Below are positions 1 through 9,721 of a stretch of 54,104 bases of DNA, in pieces. Origin of the DNA: a virus (Duplodnaviria > Caudoviricetes). The DNA is taken from IMG/VR virus record IMGVR_UViG_3300025168_000116, positions 1 through 54,104 of that record. One strand, given 5' to 3'. Below the pieces are notes generated by a model, which worked only from the letters and a program-made list of their open reading frames with translations, made no database searches and was not told where the DNA came from. How positions within the stretch are numbered: the stretch's first letter is position 1; every line of letters starts with the position of its first letter. A program made the translations under genes and the position numbers.

Positions 1-813
1 AGTTTTAACGGTACAGATGAATTTGTAGAAACAAGTAGTACGGTAGATGCTACAGGAGATAAAAGTTTTTCATTTTGGTTAAAACGAAATTCATCAACTA
101 CAAATGACGGAGCAGTAATGACATTTGTTAATACAGGTAAAACCGATGACTATATGGCTATTGGTCTATTTGGTGGTTCTGCAGCGTCGGGTGCTTTATT
201 AAATGCCGTTACGGACAATGCTGGAAGCACTGTTAAAACAAGTAGTTCAGCAATAGCAACAGATGTATGGTATCACTTTGTAGTAATTAAAAGTGCAACT
301 GCAATTACAGCGATGTATATTAATGGAGTTTCTGAAACTTTAGCCGCTGGTGGTTTTTATTATTCAACTGCTACCGCTCCTCAAAGTTACTTAGTGAGAG
401 CAGATTTTAGTGGTTCTAATTATTATGCAGAAATAAACTTATCAAATGTTGCAGTATTTAACGGAGTTTTAACTCAAGATCAAGTACTAACAATTTACAA
501 TGGTGGTGTTCCAAATGATATTTCTAGTTTATCGCCAACAGGGTGGTGGAGTTTAGCGGGTGATAGCTATTTTAATGGAAATAATTTTATATGCCCTGAT
601 TTAAGTACTAATAGCAATAATGGAACTAGTGATGGTATGGGTGGTACAGAATTAGTAGGTAATGGTCCAGGTTCTACAGGTAACGGTACAGCTACAGGTA
701 TGAATATACCAGAGAACTTACAAGGTAACGCACCTAACTCAACTAAAAATGCTTTTTCAATTAATATGGCAGCTAATGATAAAACGTCTAGTGTACCAGA
801 TATATCATCGTAA
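1..813 (+). CDS. C-terminal part of LamG/concanavalin-A-like fibre protein (5'-truncated; probably continuation of the gene starting at 53092)
   Basis: Frame is open from base 1 (SFNGTDEFV...KSFSFWLK), so ATG 118 is internal. LamG motifs WYHFVV, MYING and LSNVAVFNGVLT are present. Confidence 0.8.
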   Translation, partial: SFNGTDEFVETSSTVDATGDKSFSFWLKRNSSTTNDGAVMTFVNTGKTDDYMAIGLFGGSAASGALLNAVTDNAGSTVKTSSSAIATDVWYHFVVIKSATAITAMYINGVSETLAAGGFYYSTATAPQSYLVRADFSGSNYYAEINLSNVAVFNGVLTQDQVLTIYNGGVPNDISSLSPTGWWSLAGDSYFNGNNFICPDLSTNSNNGTSDGMGGTELVGNGPGSTGNGTATGMNIPENLQGNAPNSTKNAFSINMAANDKTSSVPDISS

Positions 814-821
814 AAAATTAT

Positions 822-829
822 TAACTTTG
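822..829 (+). promoter_or_regulatory. Bacteroidota -7 promoter element TAACTTTG
   Basis: Intergenic match to TAnnTTTG, 13 nt before ATG 843. Confidence 0.6.
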
Positions 830-842
830 TAAAAAAAATAAA

Positions 843-1094
843 ATGTCAACAATATATGCTGTAATTAACCTTGATGATACGAATGCAATTCTATTCAGTC
901 AAGTAAACCAATCAAGTGCGCAAACAATGCGTAGAAACTTAGCAAACACTCAAGGATTACTATCCTATCAAGTGGAACCTTCATTTATTACTAATGGATC
1001 TTTAGTTCCTGTTTCAACAATGAATCACGAAGAAGCTTTAGCTCTAATGGCTACAGCAGCTTGGACAGATCCTAACGCTGGACCTGGAGAGTAA
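843..1094 (+). CDS. Hypothetical protein, fibre-associated
   Basis: 83-aa ORF directly after the fibre gene, with an A-rich start. Confidence 0.65.
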   Translation: MSTIYAVINLDDTNAILFSQVNQSSAQTMRRNLANTQGLLSYQVEPSFITNGSLVPVSTMNHEEALALMATAAWTDPNAGPGE

Positions 1095-1201
1095 TGTCCT
1101 ACAGAAAGAAGGTAACTACCAAGAGACCTGGGGTGCACTCTAAGAATGCGTCTAAATCTCAGGTGAAGTATAAAAAAACATATCGTGGTCAAGGCAAATG
1201 A
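1094..1201 (+). CDS. Small basic peptide of the ...YRGQGK type (35 aa, not in ORF track)
   Basis: Manual translation MSYRKKVTTKRPGVHSKNASKSQVKYKKTYRGQGK. The start is TAATG-coupled to the upstream stop, and the C-terminal YRGQG motif recurs in phage microproteins. Confidence 0.7.
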   Translation: MSYRKKVTTKRPGVHSKNASKSQVKYKKTYRGQGK

Positions 1202-1202
1202 T

Positions 1203-1451
1203 ATGGAGGATGGATTATTAATAGCTTTAATATCAGCTCTAGGTGTTAAGGAAATATGGAACATAATTAAAAAAAAGATAGACATCAACGCTAAGAAAGA
1301 AGATGATCATATCGTAATGCTTACCCAAAAGATATCCAACCTAGAAATAAAAATAGACGAACTTATAAAAGAAAATATGCAGCTTAAGGTGAAGGTTGCT
1401 AAGATGGAAGAAAGAATATTGTTAACTGCAAAAAATAGAATTAAAAAATGA
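1203..1451 (+). CDS. Membrane-anchored coiled-coil protein, putative lysis (holin-like) protein
   Basis: ATG 1203 (MEDGLLIALISALG...) is preferred over GTG 1185. It has an N-terminal hydrophobic helix plus heptads and overlaps the endolysin start (ATGA). Confidence 0.6.
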   Translation: MEDGLLIALISALGVKEIWNIIKKKIDINAKKEDDHIVMLTQKISNLEIKIDELIKENMQLKVKVAKMEERILLTAKNRIKK

Positions 1452-1915
1452 AGCTTTCAAAAAACCTAAGCTTATCTGAAATGACTAAAAGTAATACCGC
1501 TAAAAGAAAAGGTATTTCAAATCAACCTACTGAAGATCATATGGAAAATATGATAGACTTAGCTAATGTTATATTTCAGCCGATTAGAAATCATTTCGGA
1601 GTACCTATTCACATAAGCAGCGGATATAGAAGTGAAGAGCTAAATAAGGCTATTAATGGAAGTAAGTCTTCACAGCATTGTAAAGGTGAAGCTATAGATA
1701 TTGATATGGATTACAAAAGCGGTCCTTCTAATGCAGAGGTATTTAACTTCATAAAGGATAACCTTGACTTTGATCAATTGATATGGGAATTTGGTGATGT
1801 AAACAACCCAAGTTGGGTACACGTTAGTTACGACACTGACTTTGGACAAAGAAAACAAATACTAGTGGCTTATAAAAATAGTAAGGGTAAAACTAAATAC
1901 AAATCTTATGAGTGA
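1448..1915 (+). CDS. Endolysin, peptidase M15 family
   Basis: SGYR, SQHxxGEAxD and WVHVSY zinc-peptidase motifs. Confidence 0.9.
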   Translation: MKLSKNLSLSEMTKSNTAKRKGISNQPTEDHMENMIDLANVIFQPIRNHFGVPIHISSGYRSEELNKAINGSKSSQHCKGEAIDIDMDYKSGPSNAEVFNFIKDNLDFDQLIWEFGDVNNPSWVHVSYDTDFGQRKQILVAYKNSKGKTKYKSYE

Positions 1916-2363
1916 AAAAAAGAAATTTAAAGACACTAAGATTGGTAAGTTTTTAAAAAATAAAGCACCTAACATTTTAGATATAGTTGGAGATATTTTA
2001 CCTGACAAAGGTGCGTTAGGCATTGTAAAAAATTTAATTGACAAAGATGACTCTATAGACCCTGAGACAAAAAAAATGCTTCACGATCAGTTAATTGAAT
2101 CATACAAGACTGAAGTAGCTGATAGAGATTCTGCTAGAAAAAGAGAGGTTGAAATAGCTAAGGTTAAAAAGTTTGACTTTATGTTTAATCTAACAGGTTT
2201 AGTTGGGTTAGGTACTTTTGTGTTTTTAGTGTACGCCATAGTTTATATTAATATACCAGAACACAATGAAAAAACATTCTATACTTTAATCGGTCTTTGT
2301 GAGGGTATAACTTTGAGTATCTTTAGTTTTTATTTTGGCTCATCAATGAGAAAAGATAATTAA
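1908..2363 (+). CDS. Putative holin
   Basis: Adjacent to the endolysin. It has a DRDSARxRE motif followed by two TM helices ending FYFGSS. Confidence 0.7.
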   Translation: MSEKKKFKDTKIGKFLKNKAPNILDIVGDILPDKGALGIVKNLIDKDDSIDPETKKMLHDQLIESYKTEVADRDSARKREVEIAKVKKFDFMFNLTGLVGLGTFVFLVYAIVYINIPEHNEKTFYTLIGLCEGITLSIFSFYFGSSMRKDN

Positions 2364-2364
2364 G

Positions 2365-2517
2365 ATGGAGAAAGAGATAGAAGAATTAAAGTTACAACTT
2401 ACTGGAGATATGTTTAAAGACATGGATATTAAAGATAAAATACACAACCTTGAAATGAAGTTAAAAGGTGTTAAACCAGAAGATTCTCATTTTGACTGTA
2501 TAGGCTGTGGTTCCTGA
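2365..2517 (+). CDS. 50-aa protein with C-terminal CxxC (DCIGCGS*), not in ORF track
   Basis: Manual translation MEKEIEELKLQLTGDMFKDMDIKDKIHNLEMKLKGVKPEDSHFDCIGCGS. It fills the gap after the holin. Confidence 0.75.
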   Translation: MEKEIEELKLQLTGDMFKDMDIKDKIHNLEMKLKGVKPEDSHFDCIGCGS

Positions 2518-2527
2518 AAAAAATAAC

Positions 2528-2535
2528 TATATTTG
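2528..2535 (+). promoter_or_regulatory. -7 promoter element TATATTTG of the packaging operon
   Basis: Intergenic TAnnTTTG followed by the AATTAAATCAAATCAAATG start context. Confidence 0.7.
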
Positions 2536-2556
2536 TAGTTAATTAAATCAAATCAA

Positions 2557-2793
2557 ATGGATAAAATGAAAAAAGAAGAAGCGGAGATGCTTAAATCTTT
2601 GCAGTCTAGGTTGTTCAACGCTAGGTTAGATATCGGAGACATAGAAGTAGCTATTGCTAGACTACACAAAAGAAAAGAAGTTTTAGTGGATGAAGTAGAG
2701 AATGTTTCAACAGAACTACAGAATACACAAAACAAAATGACTAAAAAGTACGGGGACAAGAAAGTAAATCTTGAGACTGGCGAATTGTCATGA
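2557..2793 (+). CDS. Hypothetical coiled-coil protein
   Basis: 78 aa, helical heptads, ends KKYGDKKVNLETGELS. Confidence 0.75.
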   Translation: MDKMKKEEAEMLKSLQSRLFNARLDIGDIEVAIARLHKRKEVLVDEVENVSTELQNTQNKMTKKYGDKKVNLETGELS

Positions 2794-3011
2794 TAATAAG
2801 AAAAATATCTGTAGGAGCTGACTATAAGTCAAGCTCAATGCACTATTTAGTAGGTCAGTCTATATTAGGAGGAGCTTACAAAATACACCATATTAGAATG
2901 GAGGCAGATGGAGCCTACAAAATATGGATAGACAATGGTGCTGAGGTTTTTTTATGGAAAGAGTTTGGTAAGAATATGCCAGTTTCTATAGAGTATCTTG
3001 TAGATTTTTAA
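2790..3011 (+). CDS. Hypothetical protein
   Basis: 73-aa ORF coupled to both neighbours. Confidence 0.75.
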   Translation: MIIRKISVGADYKSSSMHYLVGQSILGGAYKIHHIRMEADGAYKIWIDNGAEVFLWKEFGKNMPVSIEYLVDF

Positions 3012-3012
3012 A

Positions 3013-3588
3013 ATGAGATCTCCTTTTCATTTCTTAATTAAACCAATGGGCGGTACTAGGTATAAACACACCAAGGAAATAGGTGGTGTAGATGTTATAG
3101 TTAGTTCTTCTCAGGAAGACCATACTGCTACAAATAGGTATGCTATGGTAGTAGAAACTCCTATTGTTTATAAAGGAGATATAAAAAAGGGAGATATACT
3201 AATTGTTCATCACAATGTATTTAGAAAGTATTATGACATGAAGGGTAGAGAAAAGAGTGGTCCTTCTTTTTTTATGGATGATTTATATATTATAGATAGG
3301 GATCAATACTTCTTATATAAAGATCCTGAAGATAACAATTGGATAGCTCCAGACCCTTATTGTTTCGTAGAGCCAATTATAAAAGAAGAATCTACCTTAG
3401 TCAACAATGAAGTATATAAAAACTTATTGGGAAAAATTAAGTATATTAATAAAGAATTAACATCCAAAGGTTTGAGTGTGGGAGATATAATTAGCTTTCA
3501 ACCAGAAAGTGAGTATGAGTTTGATGTAGATGGAGATAAACTTTACAGGATGTTTACTAAAAACATCTGCATATCTTATGACAACTAA
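3013..3588 (+). CDS. GroES-like co-chaperonin with two tandem domains
   Basis: Two repeats of the GroES pattern: FLIKP...AMVV...IKKGDILIV...LYII and CFVEP...GKIKY...LSVGDIISF...DGDKLYRM. Confidence 0.65.
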   Translation: MRSPFHFLIKPMGGTRYKHTKEIGGVDVIVSSSQEDHTATNRYAMVVETPIVYKGDIKKGDILIVHHNVFRKYYDMKGREKSGPSFFMDDLYIIDRDQYFLYKDPEDNNWIAPDPYCFVEPIIKEESTLVNNEVYKNLLGKIKYINKELTSKGLSVGDIISFQPESEYEFDVDGDKLYRMFTKNICISYDN

Positions 3589-3856
3589 ACAGATTAAGGA
3601 AGATATTATTAAGGCTGGTGAAATGGCTGTTAAGCAACTGGTAAAAGTTGCTAAAGAAGAAATAATAAAACCTGATCCAGAGGATGAGTTAGCAGCAGAC
3701 AGATTAAAAAACGCAGCAGCCACTAAGAAACTAGCTATATTTGATGCGTTTGAAATACTAAATAGAATAGAAGCAGAAAGAGCTATGCTTGAAGAGGAGC
3801 CTGAGAAAGAAGGTAAGAACAAATCATTTGGTTTTGCAGAAAGAAGATCAAAATAG
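3578..3856 (+). CDS. Putative terminase small subunit
   Basis: Helical 92-aa ORF from ATG 3578 (MTTKQIKE) immediately before TerL. The call is positional. Confidence 0.6.
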   Translation: MTTKQIKEDIIKAGEMAVKQLVKVAKEEIIKPDPEDELAADRLKNAAATKKLAIFDAFEILNRIEAERAMLEEEPEKEGKNKSFGFAERRSK

Positions 3857-6065
3857 TTTATATAAAGTTTTAGACAAACCGATTCCTAAGTCGGTAATGT
3901 CATCTAAAAATAGAGCTAAGACTTGGCACTATGGTTATCACGAAAAATACGATTTAGTAGTTATATCTAATGATGGAACATTAGGAGAAGTTTATGAAAT
4001 AAATGGAGTTAAGATTGGTTTACCTAAACAATGGGATAAGATAGATAAGGGTAATAATAAATGGCAACCAAAAGAGTATCCTAAGGATCTAAAGAAAATA
4101 AAAACAGTATTTGACTGGAGCAGAAGAAATAGTGATTTCAAGAATAAGTGGGTAGGTTTTATAGAGAATCAATTTGATATAAGAGAACAAGGTTATTGGT
4201 TTACAAATAATAATAAGCCTACTTATATAACAGGATCTCATTACATGTATTTACAATGGACTAAAATTGATATCGGACTACCTGATTTTAGAGAAGCAAA
4301 TAGAATATTTTTTATTTATTGGGAAGCCTGCAAGGCTGATAAGAGGTGTTTTGGAATGTGCTACCTAAAGAACAGACGTTCTGGGTTTTCGTTTATGAGC
4401 TCTTCCGAAACAGTTAATCAAGCTACCATATCAAGAGATGCTAGACTAGGTATATTATCTAAGACTGGTTCTGATGCAAAGAAAATGTTTACTGATAAGG
4501 TGGTTCCTATATCTAATCACTACCCTTTCTTTTTTAAGCCTATTCAGGACGGTATGGATAAACCAAAAACTGAGTTAGCTTATAGAGTTCCAGCTAGCAA
4601 GATTACTAAAAAGAACATGTATGAAGAGGACAATGATGATGTAGATGGGCTTGACACTACAATTGATTGGAAGAATACAGATGACAACTCTTATGATGGA
4701 GAAAAACTATTGTTGTTAGTTAGTGATGAATCGGGAAAATGGTTAAGACCAAATAACATATTAAATAACTGGAGGGTAACTAAAACATGTTTAAGATTAG
4801 GTAGTAAAGTAGTAGGTAAATGTATGATGGGATCTACCTGTAACGCCTTAAATAAAGGAGGTGGAAATTTTAAAAAATTATATGAAGATTCTGATCCGTT
4901 TGAAAGAAATGCTAATGGTCAAACTAGAAGTGGTTTATACTCTCTCTTTATTCCTATGGAGTGGAACTTTGAAGGGTACATAGATGAATTTGGTATGCCT
5001 GTATTTGACACTCCTAAAAAACCAAGGGTGGGAGTAGATGGAGAATATATATCTACAGGTGTTATTAACTACTGGCAGAATGAGGTATCATCATTAAAAT
5101 CTGATAACGATGCTCTTAATGAATTTTACAGACAGTTCCCTAGAACAGAAAGCCACGCATTTAGAGATGAAAGTAAATCGTCTATATTTAACTTAACAAA
5201 ACTATACCAACAAATAGATTATAATGAATCTTTAATAAAAGATAGGGTTTTAACTAAAGGTGGTTTTCATTGGAAAGACGGAATAAAAGATAGTAAGGTT
5301 ATATGGACACCTAATAATACTGGTAGGTTTTTATTGTCTTGGATACCAAAAAGTAATTTACAAAACAATGTAATAAGCAAAAATGGTAAGTATTTTCCTG
5401 GTAATGAGCACATTGGCAGCTTAGGCTGTGATCCATACGATATATCTGCAACTGTTATGGGTAGGGGTTCTAATGGATCTCTACATGGTATGACTAAGTT
5501 TAATATGGATGATGCTCCTAGTAATGAGTTCTTTTTAGAATATGTAGCTAGACCACAAACAGCAGAGATATTTTTTGAGGATGTATTGATGGCTTGTGTA
5601 TTTTACGGAATGCCAGTGCTAGTGGAGAATAACAAAGCTAGGTTGTTATATCATTTTAAAAACAGAGGATATAGAGCATTCTCTATGAATAGACCAGACA
5701 AGCACAAGAATAAACTTTCTGGTTCAGAAAAAGAATTAGGTGGTATACCTAACTCATCAGAAGATGTTAAACAAGCACATGCTGCCGCTATAGAAGCATA
5801 TATAGAAAAAAATGTAGGAATGGATTTAGAGGGTACTTATAGAGATCCAGACGAAATGGGATCTATGTATTTTACTAGAACATTAATGGATTGGGCTAGG
5901 TTCGATATTAACAATAGAACTAAGTTTGATGCCTCTATTAGTTCGGGTTTAGCTATAATGGCTAATCAAAAGCATTTATACAATCCAGTTGTCAAAGAGT
6001 CGAAAATTTCTATTAACTTTGCAAGATATAGTAATAAGGGTAGTATAAGCCAAATTATAAAATAA
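3789..6065 (+). CDS. terL: Terminase large subunit (likely start TTG 3834)
   Basis: Walker A-like KNRRSGFS, Walker B LLVSDESGKW, coupling motif GST, nuclease GCDPYD ... FDASIS. It lies upstream of the portal. Confidence 0.9.
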   Translation: MKRSLRKKVRTNHLVLQKEDQNSLYKVLDKPIPKSVMSSKNRAKTWHYGYHEKYDLVVISNDGTLGEVYEINGVKIGLPKQWDKIDKGNNKWQPKEYPKDLKKIKTVFDWSRRNSDFKNKWVGFIENQFDIREQGYWFTNNNKPTYITGSHYMYLQWTKIDIGLPDFREANRIFFIYWEACKADKRCFGMCYLKNRRSGFSFMSSSETVNQATISRDARLGILSKTGSDAKKMFTDKVVPISNHYPFFFKPIQDGMDKPKTELAYRVPASKITKKNMYEEDNDDVDGLDTTIDWKNTDDNSYDGEKLLLLVSDESGKWLRPNNILNNWRVTKTCLRLGSKVVGKCMMGSTCNALNKGGGNFKKLYEDSDPFERNANGQTRSGLYSLFIPMEWNFEGYIDEFGMPVFDTPKKPRVGVDGEYISTGVINYWQNEVSSLKSDNDALNEFYRQFPRTESHAFRDESKSSIFNLTKLYQQIDYNESLIKDRVLTKGGFHWKDGIKDSKVIWTPNNTGRFLLSWIPKSNLQNNVISKNGKYFPGNEHIGSLGCDPYDISATVMGRGSNGSLHGMTKFNMDDAPSNEFFLEYVARPQTAEIFFEDVLMACVFYGMPVLVENNKARLLYHFKNRGYRAFSMNRPDKHKNKLSGSEKELGGIPNSSEDVKQAHAAAIEAYIEKNVGMDLEGTYRDPDEMGSMYFTRTLMDWARFDINNRTKFDASISSGLAIMANQKHLYNPVVKESKISINFARYSNKGSISQIIK

Positions 6066-8495
6066 ATGAAGGAGCCTAATGTATTAATAAACCCTGTAAC
6101 TTTTCCTAATCAACTAGCGACAGATAGTCAGAAAGCAACAGAGGAATATGGTTTACAGGTAGGTCATTCTATTCAATATGAATGGTTTAAAAGAACTGGT
6201 AACACATGTAGATATTACAACCAGTGGATAGAGTTTCATAAATTAAGACTATATGCTAGAGGAGAGCAATCTGTAGATAAATACAAATCAGAGCTTGCTA
6301 TAGATGGAGATCTTTCCTACTTAAACTTAGACTGGACTCCAGTTCCAATAATCCCAAAGTTTGTTGATATAGTAGTTAACGGAATGTCTAATAGATTATT
6401 TACTGTTCAGGCATACGCTCAAGATGCTTTAGCTTCTGATCAAAGAATGCAATACCAGCAGATGATAGAGTCTGATATGGTTGCTAAAGACTTTTTAAAT
6501 CAATCAAAAGAATTATACGGTATTGATGCTTTCAATACTAGTGCTGAAGATTTACCAGCGGATGATCAAGAACTGCAACTTCACATGCAGTTGGAATACA
6601 AACCTGGTATAGAGATAGCAGAAGAAGAAGCTATTAATACCATACTGGAAGAGAATCATTTTTACGATGTAAGAAAAAGAGTAGACTACGATATTTGTAC
6701 TATTGGTATGGGTTGGTTAAAACATGAGTTCTTAGCTAATGCTGGAATTAAAGTAAGCTATGTAGATCCAGCAAACTTAGTGTATAGTTATAGTGAGAGT
6801 CCAACATTTGATGATTGTTTTTATTATGGAGAAGTTAAAAGAGTTGCTATAACAGAATTATTAAAAATAAACCCAGACCTAACTAAAGAAGATTTAGAAG
6901 AGATATCACAATTAAGTTCTAGTTGGTATGGACATTATGGTATATTAAACCCATATAGAGATAGTTTATTTGAAAAAGATGTAGTTTGTTTATTATATTT
7001 TAATTATAAGACAGACAAGAAGTTTGTATACAAGAAAAAGTATATGGACAATGGGGGAGAGAAGGTGATAAGAAAAGATGATTCTTTTAATCCACCACCA
7101 CAAGCAGAAGAAAGATTTGAAAAAATAGAAAAAAGAATAGACGTTTGGTATGAAGGTGTTATGGTACTGGGTAGTAATAAACTACTTAAATGGGATCTGG
7201 CTAAAAACATGGTTAGACCTAAATCAGCATCTCAGTATGCTACCCCAAATTACATTGGCGTTGCTCCTAGAATGTACAAAGGAGTGGTTGAATCTTTAGT
7301 TAGACGTATGACTACGTTTGCTGATTTGATTCAAATGACTCACTTAAAACTACAGCAAGTAATCTCAAGAATAGTTCCTGATGGTGTATATATTGATGCA
7401 GATGGTTTAAATGAAGTAGATTTAGGTACAGGTGCTGCATACAATCCAGAGGACGCTTTAAGGTTATACTTCCAAACTGGTAGTGTTATTGGTAGAAGTT
7501 TTACTCAAGATGGCGAGTACAATCATGGTAAGGTTCCTATTCAAGAACTATCAAGTAACTCAGGACAATCTAAGATTGCTAGTTTAATAGGTACGTATAA
7601 TCATTATCTTAGTATGATAAGAGATGTGACAGGCTTAAATGAAGCTAGAGATGCTTCATCTCCTGATCCAAACTCTTTAGTAGGTTTACAAAAGTTAGCT
7701 GCTTTAAATTCTAATACAGCTACAAGACATATATTAGATGGTAGTTTATATATAACTAGAAGATTAGCAGAGGCGTTATCCTGTAGAGTTTCTGATGTAT
7801 TAGAGTATTCAGCAACTAGAGAGGAGTTTGTAAACCAAATTGGTAAATACAATGTAAATACATTAGAGGATATAAAAGACTTATACTTGCACGACTTTGG
7901 TATTTTTATTGAAGTATCTCCAGATGAAGAAGAAAAAGCTCAGTTAGAGGCTAATATACAAGTAGCGTTAAGTAGAGATCAGATTACACTAGAGGATGCA
8001 ATTGACATAAGACAGATTAAGAATATTAAGATGGCTAATCAATTGTTGAAAGTTAAGAGAAAGAATAAAGAGAAAAAAGATGTAGAGAGAGAGAATGAGA
8101 AGATGCAGATGCAGGCTCAAATAAATGCTCAGTCATCACAAGCTTCGGCACAATCTAAAATGCAAGTAACTCAAGCTGAAATGCAGTCTAAAGTACAGAT
8201 AAAGCAAGCAGAGGTTGCTTTTGAAATAGAGAAGATGAACGCAGAGGCTGCTCTTAAGAAAGAGCTTATGCAGGTTGAGTTTGAAATGCAAATGCAATTA
8301 AAAGGTGTAGAATCTCAAGCTGTAGTAAAGAGAGAAGAAAACAAAGAGGCTGCAAAAGATAATAGAGTTTCTATTCAAAACACACAACAATCTAAACTAA
8401 TACAACAAAGAAAGGATAATTTACCTCCTATTAATTTCGAGTCTAATGAAGATTCCTTAGATGGATTTGATTTAGCAGAATTTGAGCCAAGGTAA
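6066..8495 (+). CDS. Portal protein
   Basis: 809 aa between TerL and scaffold. It contains PIIPKFVDIVVNG and a Q-rich C-terminal coiled-coil like P22-type portals. Confidence 0.8.
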   Translation: MKEPNVLINPVTFPNQLATDSQKATEEYGLQVGHSIQYEWFKRTGNTCRYYNQWIEFHKLRLYARGEQSVDKYKSELAIDGDLSYLNLDWTPVPIIPKFVDIVVNGMSNRLFTVQAYAQDALASDQRMQYQQMIESDMVAKDFLNQSKELYGIDAFNTSAEDLPADDQELQLHMQLEYKPGIEIAEEEAINTILEENHFYDVRKRVDYDICTIGMGWLKHEFLANAGIKVSYVDPANLVYSYSESPTFDDCFYYGEVKRVAITELLKINPDLTKEDLEEISQLSSSWYGHYGILNPYRDSLFEKDVVCLLYFNYKTDKKFVYKKKYMDNGGEKVIRKDDSFNPPPQAEERFEKIEKRIDVWYEGVMVLGSNKLLKWDLAKNMVRPKSASQYATPNYIGVAPRMYKGVVESLVRRMTTFADLIQMTHLKLQQVISRIVPDGVYIDADGLNEVDLGTGAAYNPEDALRLYFQTGSVIGRSFTQDGEYNHGKVPIQELSSNSGQSKIASLIGTYNHYLSMIRDVTGLNEARDASSPDPNSLVGLQKLAALNSNTATRHILDGSLYITRRLAEALSCRVSDVLEYSATREEFVNQIGKYNVNTLEDIKDLYLHDFGIFIEVSPDEEEKAQLEANIQVALSRDQITLEDAIDIRQIKNIKMANQLLKVKRKNKEKKDVERENEKMQMQAQINAQSSQASAQSKMQVTQAEMQSKVQIKQAEVAFEIEKMNAEAALKKELMQVEFEMQMQLKGVESQAVVKREENKEAAKDNRVSIQNTQQSKLIQQRKDNLPPINFESNEDSLDGFDLAEFEPR

Positions 8496-8515
8496 TTATA
8501 TTTAAAAAAAATCCT

Positions 8516-8523
8516 TAATTTTG
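8516..8523 (+). promoter_or_regulatory. -7 promoter element TAATTTTG for scaffold/capsid
   Basis: Intergenic TAnnTTTG before ATG 8549. Confidence 0.65.
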
Positions 8524-8548
8524 TACTTAATTAATTAAATCAAATAAA

Positions 8549-9703
8549 ATGTCAGAGTTAAAAGTAAAGGAAGTATCTAATGTTCCAGAGAAGTCTAAGG
8601 CTGAAATCGAAAAAGAATTATTAGACAAACATGAAGAGCAATTTGAAGACAGTGTTCCTAAAGAAGAAGTTACTGTAGTTGCTGAAGAAGAAATTAAAAC
8701 TGAAGAACCTCAAGAAGAGGTTAAGTCAGAAGAAAAAATTGAAGAGGAGGTAGTTAAAGAAGAATACCAAATTGGAGATGAAGACGTTCTTTCATTTATT
8801 AAAAATAGATACAGTAAAGAGATAAACTCTTTAGATGATTTGTTTGAACAAAAGGAAAGTAATGAGGAACTTCCAGAGGATGTTTCCGCTTATCTTAAAT
8901 TCAAAAAAGAAACTGGTCGTGGATTTCAAGACTTTGTAAACCTTAATAAGGATTATAATAGTATGGATAACGATCAACTCTTAGCAGAGTATTGGTCTCA
9001 ATCTAAACCACATTTAGACGCTGAGGATATTCAATTCGAGTTAGAAAATAAATTCGGATATGATGAAGACTTAGCAGATGATAAGGAGAAGAGACAGATT
9101 AATATAGCTAAGAAAGAAGAACTTGTAAAAGCTAAGAAGTATTTAAACAATCAAAAGGAACAATATGGTGTGCCACTTGAGTCAAGTAGTTCATTCGTTT
9201 CTCAAGACGAGCAAAATAACTACGAGGCTTACAAGAATTATGTTCAAGAATCGAACAGTATGCAAGAGCAGAATGTAAAAAGACAGGAGTATTTCACAAA
9301 GAAAACTAACGAATTATTTTCTACAGATTTCAAAGGTTTTGGTTTTAAAGTAGGAGAAAAGGAAATAGTTTTTAATCCAGGAAATGTGGATAAAATGAAA
9401 ACTACTCAGTCTGACATAACTAATTTTATTAATGCGCACATTAATGAGGATGGTTTTATTAAAGATGCTGCTGCATATCATAAGTCATTAGCTGTTGCTA
9501 TGAACTCTGAATCTTTTGCTAAGTTCTTTTATGAGCAAGGCAAATCAGACGCTGTTAGTGATATAACTAAGGAATCTAAAAACGTGGATATGCCCGTTAG
9601 AAAAGCTCCTGAAAGTATTAGTAAGGGTGGTTTCAGTGTTACAGCGGTAGGTAATGATCATGGTTCTGGATTAAAAATAAGAAGTAAAAAAAATAAAAAC
9701 TAA
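8549..9703 (+). CDS. Capsid scaffolding/assembly protein
   Basis: Very acidic helical protein between portal and major capsid. Confidence 0.7.
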   Translation: MSELKVKEVSNVPEKSKAEIEKELLDKHEEQFEDSVPKEEVTVVAEEEIKTEEPQEEVKSEEKIEEEVVKEEYQIGDEDVLSFIKNRYSKEINSLDDLFEQKESNEELPEDVSAYLKFKKETGRGFQDFVNLNKDYNSMDNDQLLAEYWSQSKPHLDAEDIQFELENKFGYDEDLADDKEKRQINIAKKEELVKAKKYLNNQKEQYGVPLESSSSFVSQDEQNNYEAYKNYVQESNSMQEQNVKRQEYFTKKTNELFSTDFKGFGFKVGEKEIVFNPGNVDKMKTTQSDITNFINAHINEDGFIKDAAAYHKSLAVAMNSESFAKFFYEQGKSDAVSDITKESKNVDMPVRKAPESISKGGFSVTAVGNDHGSGLKIRSKKNKN

Positions 9704-9721
9704 AAACTAAAACTTAAAAAA

